A stretch of DNA of 33,953 nt from a virus (taxonomy: Duplodnaviria > Caudoviricetes). Below the pieces are notes generated by a model. The model did not search any database and was not told the origin of the DNA. It saw only the letters and a program-made list of their open reading frames with translations. Of this stretch, positions 9,113-17,948 are shown piece by piece. The stretch spans positions 1-33,953 of the IMG/VR virus record IMGVR_UViG_3300030330_004825. One strand, written 5' to 3'. Each line of letters starts with the position of its first letter. The first letter of the stretch is position 1. The translations under genes were made by a program, and so were the position numbers.

Positions 9113-9736
9113 ATGGCAATAGCAGGAGCGATAGGGATCATTGGAGCAAATGAAATAGAAGATGGCGCTGTAACAAATGATAAATTAGCAGGAAGTATTG
9201 CAAATGATAAATTAGTTAACGATAGTGTTATAGTTAATGGAACATCAATAGATTTGGGTGCTTCAGAAACTATAACTGCTGGTAAAATTTTACAAGTAGT
9301 AAATTCAATTAAGACAGATACATTATCTAGTGCAGGTGCAGGTGCATGGAATGATATTGGTTTATCTGTTGCAATTACACCATCATCTACATCATCTAAA
9401 ATTTTTGTAAGTGTTTCTGTAAGTGGTTCATTAAACAATTCTAATACTTGGTTAAAAATTTTAAGAGGTACAACAGACCTAGGTTTGGGTGATGCTGGTA
9501 GTTCAAGACTAAGATGTACTTTTGGTAATTTGTATCAATATGGAGATGCTAACATTATGAAAACACATAGTTATCAACTGTTAGATTCACCATCAAGCAC
9601 ATCAGAACTTACTTACAAAGTGCAAGTTAGAAGTGCGGCAAATACATACTACATTAACAGAAGTGTAAATGACACAGATAGTGTAGACCATGGTAGAGCA
9701 TCATCATCAATAACATTAATGGAGATAGCAGGATAA
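9113..9736 (+). CDS. Tail fibre/RBP domain protein
   Basis: I.DGAVT..KL repeats, then GKILQVV, GLSVAITPSSTSSKI, LDSPSSTS.LTYKVQ and SSSITLMEIAG. Confidence 0.75.
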   Translation: MAIAGAIGIIGANEIEDGAVTNDKLAGSIANDKLVNDSVIVNGTSIDLGASETITAGKILQVVNSIKTDTLSSAGAGAWNDIGLSVAITPSSTSSKIFVSVSVSGSLNNSNTWLKILRGTTDLGLGDAGSSRLRCTFGNLYQYGDANIMKTHSYQLLDSPSSTSELTYKVQVRSAANTYYINRSVNDTDSVDHGRASSSITLMEIAG

Positions 9737-10161
9737 TGCCAGTAGCAGGAAGAATAAATAGAATAGAAGATGGAGTAGTCACTACAAATAAAATTGCTGA
9801 TGCAAGTGTAACAAAAGCAAAAACCGAAGATGCAATAAAAGAAAACATTGTCCTTGCATGGGTATCTTTTAATGGAACTGGGACACCAGCTATTGAAGAT
9901 GATTTTAACGTTTCAACTATTACAGATAATGGCAATGGTGACTACACAGTAAATTTCACGAATAATTTACCCAACGATGATTATTGCTGTGTTGGTATGT
10001 CGATGAGAGATAGTGATAATATTTCTGCTTTATGTATGAAAGGAGATGCAAACCCAGCAAGTTTTAAAAGAGTTGAATCAGTTAGATTATCAAATAGAGA
10101 CAACGCAAATAACGCAGTTGATTGCTCTAATGCGTCAATAGCTTGTTTTAGCACATCGTAA
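9736..10161 (+). CDS. Tail fibre tip-like protein
   Basis: AWVSFNG.G......FNVSTITDNG.GDYTVNF motif. Confidence 0.7.
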   Translation: MPVAGRINRIEDGVVTTNKIADASVTKAKTEDAIKENIVLAWVSFNGTGTPAIEDDFNVSTITDNGNGDYTVNFTNNLPNDDYCCVGMSMRDSDNISALCMKGDANPASFKRVESVRLSNRDNANNAVDCSNASIACFSTS

Positions 10162-10192
10162 AAGGTATAATTTTAGAAGGAGTGTTTAGTTT

Positions 10193-10648
10193 ATGGATCG
10201 TGATAAAGAAGTGATTATTTGGAATAGTGAAGAAACTGGTCATATCGCAATAACTATTGTAGCTCAGGGTTGTCCACTATCAGATGAAGAAATAATTGCA
10301 AAAGATGTGCCAACTAAAAATTTTAAAGTGATAAAACGAACAGAAATAGATAAATTAGACCAAAGATTTGTTCCAAATGCTTTTATTTGCGATGAAAACA
10401 TGAATCCAGTAGTTGATCTAAAAAAAGCAAAAGAAGTATGGCGAGATAGAATAAGAATAAAAAGAGTCCCAGTATTGCAAGCGCTAGACGTTGAATATTT
10501 AAAAGCCTCCGAAAAAAATGAGGATACATCAGAAATAACAGAAAAGAAACAACAATTAAGAGATTTGCCACAGAGTTCAGGTATTGATAAAGCAAAATCA
10601 ATTGAAGATTTGACTAAGGTCTGGCATAATCTATTAGGAGAAAAATAA
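10193..10648 (+). CDS. Tail fibre assembly chaperone-like protein
   Basis: IR..R...L..LDV.Y.KA.E and KQ.LRDLP motifs. Confidence 0.7.
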   Translation: MDRDKEVIIWNSEETGHIAITIVAQGCPLSDEEIIAKDVPTKNFKVIKRTEIDKLDQRFVPNAFICDENMNPVVDLKKAKEVWRDRIRIKRVPVLQALDVEYLKASEKNEDTSEITEKKQQLRDLPQSSGIDKAKSIEDLTKVWHNLLGEK

Positions 10649-10649
10649 T

Positions 10650-10970
10650 ATGGCACAAACTGTAGTGGCAACAGGAGCTCAGGCAATTAGTGGAACCACC
10701 ACTGTATTCTCGACCGCTGTTGCTGGAATTTATTCTGCACTTATAGACTTAACACCAATGGTTAGCGGAGCTAATATTAATATAAACGTTAATAATTGTA
10801 CAATAGTTGCATCAGGTCACAAAACAGTCACCAGAGATAATTTTTCTGGCGTTCAGGCTGAGCCACTTTTTTTCATGCCGCCGCAACATACAAATAAAGG
10901 ATTGAGTATCACTATTGTTTTAAGCAGCGGTAGCGGCCCAACTGTGCCTTTCGAAATAACTCAGTTCTGA
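10650..10970 (+). CDS. Small beta-rich structural protein
   Basis: 106 aa, Thr/Ser/Gly-rich, in the tail region. Confidence 0.6.
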   Translation: MAQTVVATGAQAISGTTTVFSTAVAGIYSALIDLTPMVSGANININVNNCTIVASGHKTVTRDNFSGVQAEPLFFMPPQHTNKGLSITIVLSSGSGPTVPFEITQF

Positions 10971-11000
10971 CACTTTTTAATTTTAGTATATAATTAGAAT

Positions 11001-12641
11001 ATGCTAGGAAGTTATGCAAGTACTTTTTTAAGTCAAGTCACATATCACTTTATTCCTTTAGACAAAAAATCAAGGACACCAGGCTTAGAGGAGTTTTCAC
11101 TATATTACACTAGTCTGCCTGAGCAACATAACACAATAAAATTAGGCTACTGGCACAAAAATCCATACTTAAATTATAAAATAATAGGCGAAACAGGGAT
11201 TCAGGTAATCGGTGTTGATCTAGAAAGCCAAGTCGGAAGTTTAGGATTAAATAAAATATTATCTCCCACAGGAGTAGATTTAGAAACAACTGTTGGCGAC
11301 TTGACTGCTCTCAAAGCTATAAATATGCCAGGTGTCGATGCAGAAACTGAAGTCGGCTCGGTCTTCATAGATGTGGCAGTAAACTCTGTGTGCAGAACAG
11401 GTCATGAGCTCACTAATTTCTTTTTGGCTCAACAGCAAAAAACTAACCCAGAAAGTATTGTTAGACAATTTACTTTTAACAATTCTATTCTTAGTTCTAG
11501 GGTTACAGAATATTCTTCGGTGACTAGAAATTATAAAGAAGTTGTAGCTGGTGGTTTTAGTGTTAGATTAGAAAATGCTTCAAAATTAATGAACGAAATT
11601 ATCGAAGATAGAACAAAGTTTAGAAAAGATGGAGAGATTTCCTATGGATATCAGTTTAATCCAACTCATATTGATTTTGGATGTGTGGGTAAAGGAGAAC
11701 TTATAGAGGTTGATTATGACCAAGCAGAAGTGAATATGCAGTTTAAAAATAAATTAGATAATCTTTCTGAAATTAAAGTCTCAACAGATTTAACTTCTAG
11801 GCAGGGGGCAAGCTTTGTTGGATCAGTTTATAATCCTGCCGATCTAACTTTTGATATATTAACTAGCAACTCTTATGGAGCACAATTAGATAACACCACA
11901 TCTCCAGCTAATGCAGATATAAATTATAATAGCTGGCTAGATTGGAAAAACTCTTTAGGCTCTGAGTCTATTGTTGTTCAAGCGTTTTTCCCAGTCGATT
12001 TAGATTATGTGAGAGCTCTACAGGGTATAGCTGAAACAACAGACTCAGCTATTTATGTCGAGTCAAACAACAAACTAACATTTTTAAGAAAAATAACAGG
12101 CGCAGAGAGTTTTAGCGCCACAGTGAATGATGAGGACATTATCTCTATAACAGCTAAAGGTGATGCTTTTGATATGGCTAACGAGTTTACTGTTCCAATA
12201 TCGTTCACAGTAGCATCTAACAGCGTTACTGGTTTTAGACAAACTATAACTTTTCAAAACACAGCATCTGTGAACAGTTTTGGTAAAATATCAAAAACCA
12301 CAACACAAAATGTGATTTGGTATGTAGATTCAGCTAGTGCTTTAAATTTAGCTCAAAGAATAGTTGGTCGTAGACGAAGACCAGAGGTAGCTCTAACAGT
12401 TAAAACTCCTTTAAAATATATGCAGCAACAACTGGGTGATTTAATTTTTGTGACACACGATGCATTAAATTTAAACGATGAGCCTTTTACTATGATTGGT
12501 CAGACTATAGATATTATGAATCAAACTATAACTATGGATTTATCAGTTGGACACGGCCTTGCGATAGCAAACTTGATTATTTTTGAACTTGACGATGCAG
12601 AACTAGGAGTGCTAGATTCTAGCGCTGGATTATTAGCCTAA
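11001..12641 (+). CDS. Putative tail tip/hub protein
   Basis: 546 aa; C-terminal S...FG...., A..LA.RI, LGDLI.V pattern typical of hub proteins; GVDLE-like repeats near the N-terminus. Confidence 0.55.
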   Translation: MLGSYASTFLSQVTYHFIPLDKKSRTPGLEEFSLYYTSLPEQHNTIKLGYWHKNPYLNYKIIGETGIQVIGVDLESQVGSLGLNKILSPTGVDLETTVGDLTALKAINMPGVDAETEVGSVFIDVAVNSVCRTGHELTNFFLAQQQKTNPESIVRQFTFNNSILSSRVTEYSSVTRNYKEVVAGGFSVRLENASKLMNEIIEDRTKFRKDGEISYGYQFNPTHIDFGCVGKGELIEVDYDQAEVNMQFKNKLDNLSEIKVSTDLTSRQGASFVGSVYNPADLTFDILTSNSYGAQLDNTTSPANADINYNSWLDWKNSLGSESIVVQAFFPVDLDYVRALQGIAETTDSAIYVESNNKLTFLRKITGAESFSATVNDEDIISITAKGDAFDMANEFTVPISFTVASNSVTGFRQTITFQNTASVNSFGKISKTTTQNVIWYVDSASALNLAQRIVGRRRRPEVALTVKTPLKYMQQQLGDLIFVTHDALNLNDEPFTMIGQTIDIMNQTITMDLSVGHGLAIANLIIFELDDAELGVLDSSAGLLA

Positions 12642-12660
12642 CTATAGTATATTTAAAATT

Positions 12661-13119
12661 ATGGCTTTCAAAGAATTCTCATATACTGTTGGTCAAAAAT
12701 TAACAAGCACAGTGTTAAATAATAATTATAGTAATTTTGGCGAAATAGCCAAGACACCTGAAACAGAAGGTCAAGTTTCTAATGATCCTTTTTTTGTAGG
12801 CAGAGCTGTTAAGACTGCTTATTTTCATGGGTTAGGTCACAATTTAAAAATTTTTTCAGAAAACATATCCTCGTTTACTTATCCTAGTGTTGGAACTTAT
12901 CAAATAAATTATGCTGTGAATTATCAGACTGCTAGACACTGCATAACATTTGCTGGCGTTAAGGATGGCGTTGCTGAGGGCAGAAATTTTCAATTTGGTT
13001 GTCAGAGTCAGACGAGCAGTCAATCGACTATATATTGGCGAGCTAGTGATAGTGGAAACACAGATGTGGCTCAGTGTAAATTTGGTGTTTTCATGGGATA
13101 TCCTTCAAATGGCGTTTAA
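12661..13119 (+). CDS. Short fibre/RBP paralog 1
   Basis: MAF..FSY.VGQKLTS..LN anchor + NISSFT....GTYQINY. Confidence 0.65.
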   Translation: MAFKEFSYTVGQKLTSTVLNNNYSNFGEIAKTPETEGQVSNDPFFVGRAVKTAYFHGLGHNLKIFSENISSFTYPSVGTYQINYAVNYQTARHCITFAGVKDGVAEGRNFQFGCQSQTSSQSTIYWRASDSGNTDVAQCKFGVFMGYPSNGV

Positions 13120-13570
13120 TCTTCCAACTTTTCTTTTTCAAGACACTTTAACTGCTTCGGCTATGTCATCAGTGGCAAGTTGTTTTCAAGCTTTTGCTGA
13201 TGGTGAAACTGGGAGTCCTTTTATGCCAAGCAGAGCTCATGCTATAGTAAATTATGATAGTAGCGGGATAAATTTTTCACATAATATTAGTTCTGTAACT
13301 AGAACATCACAAGGGCAATATACGATAACTTTTTCTAGCATTTGCTCTTTATTTGTTGTTGACTCAGTTTCAGTCCCATCATTGTATGCTTTAGGAAATG
13401 CACATGACACAACTAATGAAAATGCTCTTGTAGTTTATTCCATGTATTTTCATACAGAAACAGCAAGCAGCTTTAAAGTTGTTCATCATAATTTTCGAGA
13501 GTCTAGTCATGGCTTTCATGATCCAGTGTCGGCAACGGCAGTATTTTTTAACACGGATGTGAGTTCATAA
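13109..13570 (+). CDS. Short fibre/RBP paralog 2 (153 aa)
   Basis: True start is probably ATG 13109 (MAFNLPTF..LTAS.M); NISSVTRTSQGQYTITF. Confidence 0.65.
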   Translation: MAFNLPTFLFQDTLTASAMSSVASCFQAFADGETGSPFMPSRAHAIVNYDSSGINFSHNISSVTRTSQGQYTITFSSICSLFVVDSVSVPSLYALGNAHDTTNENALVVYSMYFHTETASSFKVVHHNFRESSHGFHDPVSATAVFFNTDVSS

Positions 13571-14001
13571 TGGCATACAATCTTTTATCATTTTCATCAG
13601 GGGAAGTTTTATCTAGCAGTAAGATGAATCTTTTACAGGCTAATTTTACAACTTTAACAGAGCAGAATAGTGGAACACCTAGAGTCAAGTTTTTGCCCAG
13701 GGCTTGGTTTAGCATGACAGCCTCTGGCACTTTGCCTGCTTTGCAATATAACTTTTCTTCAGTTACAAGAACAGCTTTTGGGAAATTTCAAGCAAATTTC
13801 GACTCGACCTTAGTTATGTCTGGAACTTATGGGGCAACCTGGGGCTTTGAGTTTGGAGCAGGTCATTCTTCTAATGTCATAGGAAATATAACGTTATTTA
13901 CTATGGCAAGCACATTTATTAAATTTAAAGGACGTAATGCCAACACATCTTCATCAGGAGACACAGAATTTCCGATGTCGATAATAATTTGGCAGGAATA
14001 A
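13570..14001 (+). CDS. Short fibre/RBP paralog 3
   Basis: MAYNLLSFSSGEVLSSSKMN anchor; RAWF and NFSSVTRTAFGKFQANF. Confidence 0.65.
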   Translation: MAYNLLSFSSGEVLSSSKMNLLQANFTTLTEQNSGTPRVKFLPRAWFSMTASGTLPALQYNFSSVTRTAFGKFQANFDSTLVMSGTYGATWGFEFGAGHSSNVIGNITLFTMASTFIKFKGRNANTSSSGDTEFPMSIIIWQE

Positions 14002-14019
14002 AAAAGGAGGGATATTATT

Positions 14020-14178
14020 ATGTGGACAATTTTAGATCGCCTAAAAGAGCCTAGCACGTATGCAGGACTCAGTGTTTTAGCTTTGATTTTTGTCAGTGAA
14101 GAACAGTGGCAAATTATTTCTACTGCTTTAGCATCAGTTTTTGCACTAGCATCTATGATTTTAAAGGAAAAGAAATGA
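14020..14178 (+). CDS. Holin-like membrane protein (52 aa), not in ORF track
   Basis: AGGAGG SD; MWTILDRLKEPSTYAGLSVLALIFVSEEQWQIISTALASVFALASMILKEKK has two hydrophobic segments, an RLKEPST.AGL motif and a basic tail. Confidence 0.75.
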   Translation: MWTILDRLKEPSTYAGLSVLALIFVSEEQWQIISTALASVFALASMILKEKK

Positions 14179-14420
14179 AACAAATGATTGCTAATATTAT
14201 AAGTGATTTAATTAGTAAGGGACTTGCTTTTCTAGCGGAGTGGATGAATAAGCGTAAAGTTAGGAAATTAGAGGAGCAGGTCTCAACCCTGGAAACTAAA
14301 ATTAAAATTTTAGAACACGAAAAAAAAAAGGCACAAAAAATTCAAGATTGGAAATATAGAGTAAAAAATAAAGAGCAGGAGTCTTTGGCAAAAGAGTTAA
14401 ATAAAATTAGAAATGAATAG
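14175..14420 (+). CDS. Possible inner spanin-like protein (N-terminal amphipathic segment + coiled coil, 81 aa)
   Basis: ATGA overlap with the holin stop; the track's 14106 start is unlikely. Confidence 0.45.
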   Translation: MKQMIANIISDLISKGLAFLAEWMNKRKVRKLEEQVSTLETKIKILEHEKKKAQKIQDWKYRVKNKEQESLAKELNKIRNE

Positions 14421-14562
14421 AAAAAACTATAAAGCTATAGTAGATCATCAACGCAAAGATAAAAAAACTTCTATCGCTAGCAGAAAAAGTAGAATAAAAA
14501 CCTCATCTATGAATAAAAATAAAAAAAATAGCTATAAAGCTTATAGAGGACAGGGCAAATGA
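14413..14562 (+). CDS. Small very basic protein (49 aa), not in ORF track
   Basis: MNRKNYKAIVDHQRKDKKTSIASRKSRIKTSSMNKNKKNSYKAYRGQGK; KKTSI, SSMNK and YRGQG motifs recur in marine phages; overlaps both neighbours. Confidence 0.7.
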   Translation: MNRKNYKAIVDHQRKDKKTSIASRKSRIKTSSMNKNKKNSYKAYRGQGK

Positions 14563-14855
14563 GGCAACATCGCATTACAGGGCATTTAAGGGGGTTTCTG
14601 TGGCCTCAAACCTTAAAATGGGGCATAACCCTTACTATAGTGGTCTTTTCGCTTTTTTCCTGCACTTATGGCGTTAGTTTTTCCAAAAAAGCAGTTCCAA
14701 AGCTAGAATATCACGAAATTGAGTTTGAATCTTGCCAACCAGAGATATCTGGATATTTATGTGTAAAAAATAACGATGCAATAAAATCTGTGTTAGACTT
14801 TAAGAACTGCCAAGAGCAAAATAAATTATTAAGAGAGATATTAGATGGAAAGTGA
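14559..14855 (+). CDS. Predicted lipoprotein (possible outer spanin)
   Basis: Hydrophobic stretch ending in the lipobox-like LFSC; additional Cys residues. Confidence 0.5.
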   Translation: MRQHRITGHLRGFLWPQTLKWGITLTIVVFSLFSCTYGVSFSKKAVPKLEYHEIEFESCQPEISGYLCVKNNDAIKSVLDFKNCQEQNKLLREILDGK

Positions 14856-15108
14856 AATGCTTGCCATGCTAGCTCAAGCTCCAGCCTTAGTTGTTATAGT
14901 CTGGCTAGTGATGAAACAAAATGGCAATGGTAATGGAAACGGAAACCAAGAACTCATCAGAGCCATTGCTAGGTCTTTAGAAAAATTAGCGGATGCCCAA
15001 AGAGAGGCAAACCAAATTGCAGATAAACGTGCAGAGGGATTTGAAAGATGGGTGGAGCTTCAAAGGACTCAGTGCCAACAACAATTCACATCAAGAAACC
15101 AAAAGTAG
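14845..15108 (+). CDS. Membrane-anchored coiled-coil protein with NG repeat
   Basis: ALVVIVWLVM TM segment, NGNGNGNGN linker, helical C-terminus. Confidence 0.6.
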   Translation: MESEMLAMLAQAPALVVIVWLVMKQNGNGNGNGNQELIRAIARSLEKLADAQREANQIADKRAEGFERWVELQRTQCQQQFTSRNQK

Positions 15109-15431
15109 ACTGGTCTGATTATCTTCTAGAACAAATAGTAAATTTTGGCGGTCTTCCAGAAATACCAATTAGAGAATATAAATTTCACCCGACGAGAAGA
15201 TGGAGATTTGATTTAGCTTTTATAGATCATAAATTAGCTATTGAAATTGAAGGAGGAGTTTGGATAAGAGGTAGACATACTCGTGGAAGTGGTTTTATTA
15301 GTGATATGGACAAATACAACAATGCTGTGTTACTATCTTGGTATATGTTAAGGTTTACACCTAACGACGTTAAAGTTGGAAAAGCGCTCCAGACCATCAA
15401 TAGCTTTTTCAAGGGAGAGTGTGTTGAATGA
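15048..15431 (+). CDS. PD-(D/E)xK endonuclease (Vsr/DUF559-like)
   Basis: EYKFHPTRRWRFDLAF...LAIEIEGG.W..GRH.RG.GF..D..KYN motif; start uncertain. Confidence 0.8.
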   Translation: MGGASKDSVPTTIHIKKPKVDWSDYLLEQIVNFGGLPEIPIREYKFHPTRRWRFDLAFIDHKLAIEIEGGVWIRGRHTRGSGFISDMDKYNNAVLLSWYMLRFTPNDVKVGKALQTINSFFKGECVE

Positions 15432-15630
15432 TGTAGATTTTCGAATTTGCATTAACACTTTATATGATTTGTTGCTTAAATTAAATTTTCGTACCCGCAC
15501 TATTAAGGATCAAGATGTCCAAATAATCATGAGGCAAGTTTTTGAAATCATGCAGGATATTAACGAGCATTACTATCAAAGCGACAGAGATAGTGTTAAG
15601 GTAGCGAATGAAGAAAAAGACATACACTAA
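15376..15630 (+). CDS. Hypothetical protein
   Basis: Fills the gap between nuclease and phosphoesterase; real start probably near 15421-15424 after GGGAG. Confidence 0.55.
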   Translation: MEKRSRPSIAFSRESVLNDVDFRICINTLYDLLLKLNFRTRTIKDQDVQIIMRQVFEIMQDINEHYYQSDRDSVKVANEEKDIH

Positions 15631-16402
15631 TAGAACAGTATTTTTGAGCGATATCCATATCCCTTACCAGGATAAAAAAGCTCTGGCACTGGCTATGGAA
15701 ATTATCAAAGATTTTATGCTTAAAGAAGATGACACCATAATTCTTGGTGGTGATCTAGTGGACTATTATCCTATAAGTTCGTTTAGTCCTGATTTAACAA
15801 ATTCAAATATAGATATAGAACTTTTTGAAACAACTGAGTTTTTAAATGATTTAAGAAAAATTGCATCAAAAGCAAATGTTATTTACTTCGAAGGAAATCA
15901 CGAACAAAGGATGCAAAAAAAAATAATGTCATCATGCAGTGCATTAGCTCCATTTTTGAAAAATAAATTATCAATCCGTGAATTATTAGAGTTTAGAAAA
16001 TTTAACATAAGAGAAGTTAAAACACCATTCAGTAGAAAAAAGAAATTGTATTTTATGCACGGTCATGAAAAAAGAGGTTTTATAACACCAAAACATATTG
16101 CTCACGTACATCTAAATTATACAAATAGAAATATTATAGTTGGTCATCATCATAGATTTGATATGTTCATAACAACACAAATGGATGGTTCATTATTAGG
16201 CGGCTGGTGTAACGGATGTTTATGTGATCTAACACAAATGCCAGATGGACTTTACACAGCATTCGATTCATCACAGCGTGGTTTTACTGTTGTTCACGAA
16301 AAAGGAAATGGATTATTTAGTGTCGACCAACATCTTTTCATACCAAACAAACAAAAAGGTTATGATTGTTTAGTTGCGGGAAAAGAATACGTTAGTCCAT
16401 AA
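15608..16402 (+). CDS. Calcineurin-like metallophosphoesterase
   Basis: SDIH, GGDLVD, GNHE, HGH and GHHH motifs. Confidence 0.9.
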   Translation: MKKKTYTNRTVFLSDIHIPYQDKKALALAMEIIKDFMLKEDDTIILGGDLVDYYPISSFSPDLTNSNIDIELFETTEFLNDLRKIASKANVIYFEGNHEQRMQKKIMSSCSALAPFLKNKLSIRELLEFRKFNIREVKTPFSRKKKLYFMHGHEKRGFITPKHIAHVHLNYTNRNIIVGHHHRFDMFITTQMDGSLLGGWCNGCLCDLTQMPDGLYTAFDSSQRGFTVVHEKGNGLFSVDQHLFIPNKQKGYDCLVAGKEYVSP

Positions 16403-16740
16403 AATTTAAAAGACAATATTTCAGCAATCTTTGATGCATGTTTTGTTCTTGCTTTCTTACGATAACTATCAGCTAACCATTTACCTTTGAGACCAACCTT
16501 AGAGCTTAAACCTTCCCAACTAAGTTTTTGTTCTTGTCGTAAAGAATTAACTATCATCCAAAAATCATCAGTGGTATAAGTGTATTTTTTTCTGTTCTCT
16601 TCTGCTAGCCTTGTTATTTCTGAAATATTTTTTTTATACAGCCGATGAATATATTGTTTTGAACATCCATATTCATCAGCAATCTTTTGAAAAGATTTTC
16701 CTTCTCTGAATCTTTTGTCAGCTATATCTTTAATATCCAT
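16360..16740 (-). CDS. HTH transcriptional regulator (two HTH-like segments)
   Basis: GKSFQKIADEYGCSKQYIHR and LRQEQKLSWEGLSSKVGL; only credible minus-strand gene; divergent from the early promoter; ATG 16740 preferred. Confidence 0.7.
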   Translation of the reverse strand: MDIKDIADKRFREGKSFQKIADEYGCSKQYIHRLYKKNISEITRLAEENRKKYTYTTDDFWMIVNSLRQEQKLSWEGLSSKVGLKGKWLADSYRKKARTKHASKIAEILSFKFYGLTYSFPATKQS

Positions 16741-16744
16741 GCCT

Positions 16745-16774
16745 CTAAAATATAACAAAGATTTTATTTGTCAA
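16745..16774 (-). promoter_or_regulatory. Leftward promoter for the HTH gene
   Basis: Minus-strand TTGACA (16774-16769) followed by TGTTATATTTT. Confidence 0.5.
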
Positions 16775-16814
16775 ATATTATAAAAGCCCTTTAGATAAAG
16801 GCTAATACTAGCAG

Positions 16815-16886
16815 TTGACAATATATGCCCACATTATATAATCTTACTATGCTTTTTATTTATAGCATAAGGAGAAACAAAAGATG
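16815..16886 (+). promoter_or_regulatory. Consensus sigma70 promoter + 5' hairpin + shared RBS box (main early operon)
   Basis: TTGACA 16815-16820, 16 nt, TATAAT 16837-16842; TATGCT/AGCATA stem 16848-16869; GGAGAAACAAAAGATG. Confidence 0.85.
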
Positions 16887-17204
16887 CAGAGACAGAGATT
16901 ACCAAAGTCTGATCTAACTGAGAAGCTCAGCTTGACTGATCTTAAAAATTTAGAGGACGAGATGGAATATATTTTATCCACTAACAACCAAAATTTTACA
17001 AGGGAGATAGTTTTTACCTACCAAGACAGAGTGGGGCTAAGCATTTATGTGGCTAATAAAGACATGGACATAGCTACCATGATGCACGAGGCCGAGCCAC
17101 TTTATAAGGTTAGATGCAAATTTATACACGCTAACTTATACGCTAAGATGCTAGGGATAACAAAAATAATACATATTAAACATCATTTTAGGAGTGTGAC
17201 ATAG
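16884..17204 (+). CDS. Hypothetical early protein
   Basis: 106-aa ORF with a strong SD. Confidence 0.75.
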   Translation: MQRQRLPKSDLTEKLSLTDLKNLEDEMEYILSTNNQNFTREIVFTYQDRVGLSIYVANKDMDIATMMHEAEPLYKVRCKFIHANLYAKMLGITKIIHIKHHFRSVT

Positions 17205-17205
17205 G

Positions 17206-17682
17206 ATGGCTTACCTAAAACGAAAAATAAAAACTGACCTGGCTAGGATTAGAGGCGACTACATATTTAACGATGGCGGTCGCCATAAATATTTTAAATT
17301 TAAAAAAACAGATGACTGCGTGGTCAGAGCGATAGCCATAGTCAGAGAGATGGATTACAAAAAAGTGCTTCACGAGATAACAGATTATTGTTTACAATAT
17401 GGAGCACCCTTTAGCTCAAAACTTATTATAGAAAAATATTTAGAAGCAACTGGGGCAATAAAACACAAAGTTAAACACCCTAAAGGTAGAAAAGCCAGAC
17501 CTAAAGATTTACCAAATGGTCGATGGATAACTAGCATGGCTCACCACCTAAGTGCAGTCATAAATAAAGTTCCTCACGACACTTGGAACACATCGGACAG
17601 GATGGTTTATACTTACTGGGGCTACCCTAAAAAACCAAAAGGAGGTGAAGACCATGAAGAGTTTCGAAACACACAAGCTTAG
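17206..17682 (+). CDS. Conserved phage protein, possible Cys-His peptidase-like fold
   Basis: DCVVRAIAI....Y..V and HLSAV.....DTW motifs. Confidence 0.6.
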   Translation: MAYLKRKIKTDLARIRGDYIFNDGGRHKYFKFKKTDDCVVRAIAIVREMDYKKVLHEITDYCLQYGAPFSSKLIIEKYLEATGAIKHKVKHPKGRKARPKDLPNGRWITSMAHHLSAVINKVPHDTWNTSDRMVYTYWGYPKKPKGGEDHEEFRNTQA

Positions 17683-17947
17683 TCTTTTAGTAGATGAGTA
17701 TCGTGCGCTCTCTCCCCAAGCCAAGCAGTGGGTTAAGGATAGGCACAGAAGTAAAAAACCCATCGAAATAAAAGAATGCAAATTTTGTTATAACGAAGGT
17801 TTTACAGAACACGCATTTGGCGAAGATGACTTTGAAAAAGAAATTTGTGAACATTGCGATAGCTTAGAGGTTAAGACTGCAATAAATATCCAAGATTGCA
17901 TCCATAACCTTTTTCAATATATGGCTATTAGATTAAGGAGGCATTAA
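17645..17947 (+). CDS. Hypothetical zinc-finger protein
   Basis: CKFC...CEHC; GGAGGTGA SD favours ATG 17654. Confidence 0.65.
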   Translation: MKTMKSFETHKLSLLVDEYRALSPQAKQWVKDRHRSKKPIEIKECKFCYNEGFTEHAFGEDDFEKEICEHCDSLEVKTAINIQDCIHNLFQYMAIRLRRH

Positions 17948-17948
17948 A

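Noticed and set aside
12950-13108. N-terminal extension of the track ORF 12950-13570
   Set aside because: Overlaps the upstream gene by 170 nt; paralog alignment places the start at ATG 13109
8296-14001. Diversity-generating retroelement acting on fibre paralogs
   Set aside because: No reverse transcriptase, and I saw no near-identical template/variable repeat pair differing at adenines; the paralogs are deeply diverged
14106-14174. Track start for ORF 14106-14420
   Set aside because: Lies inside the holin gene in another frame; the ATGA-coupled start at 14175 is more plausible
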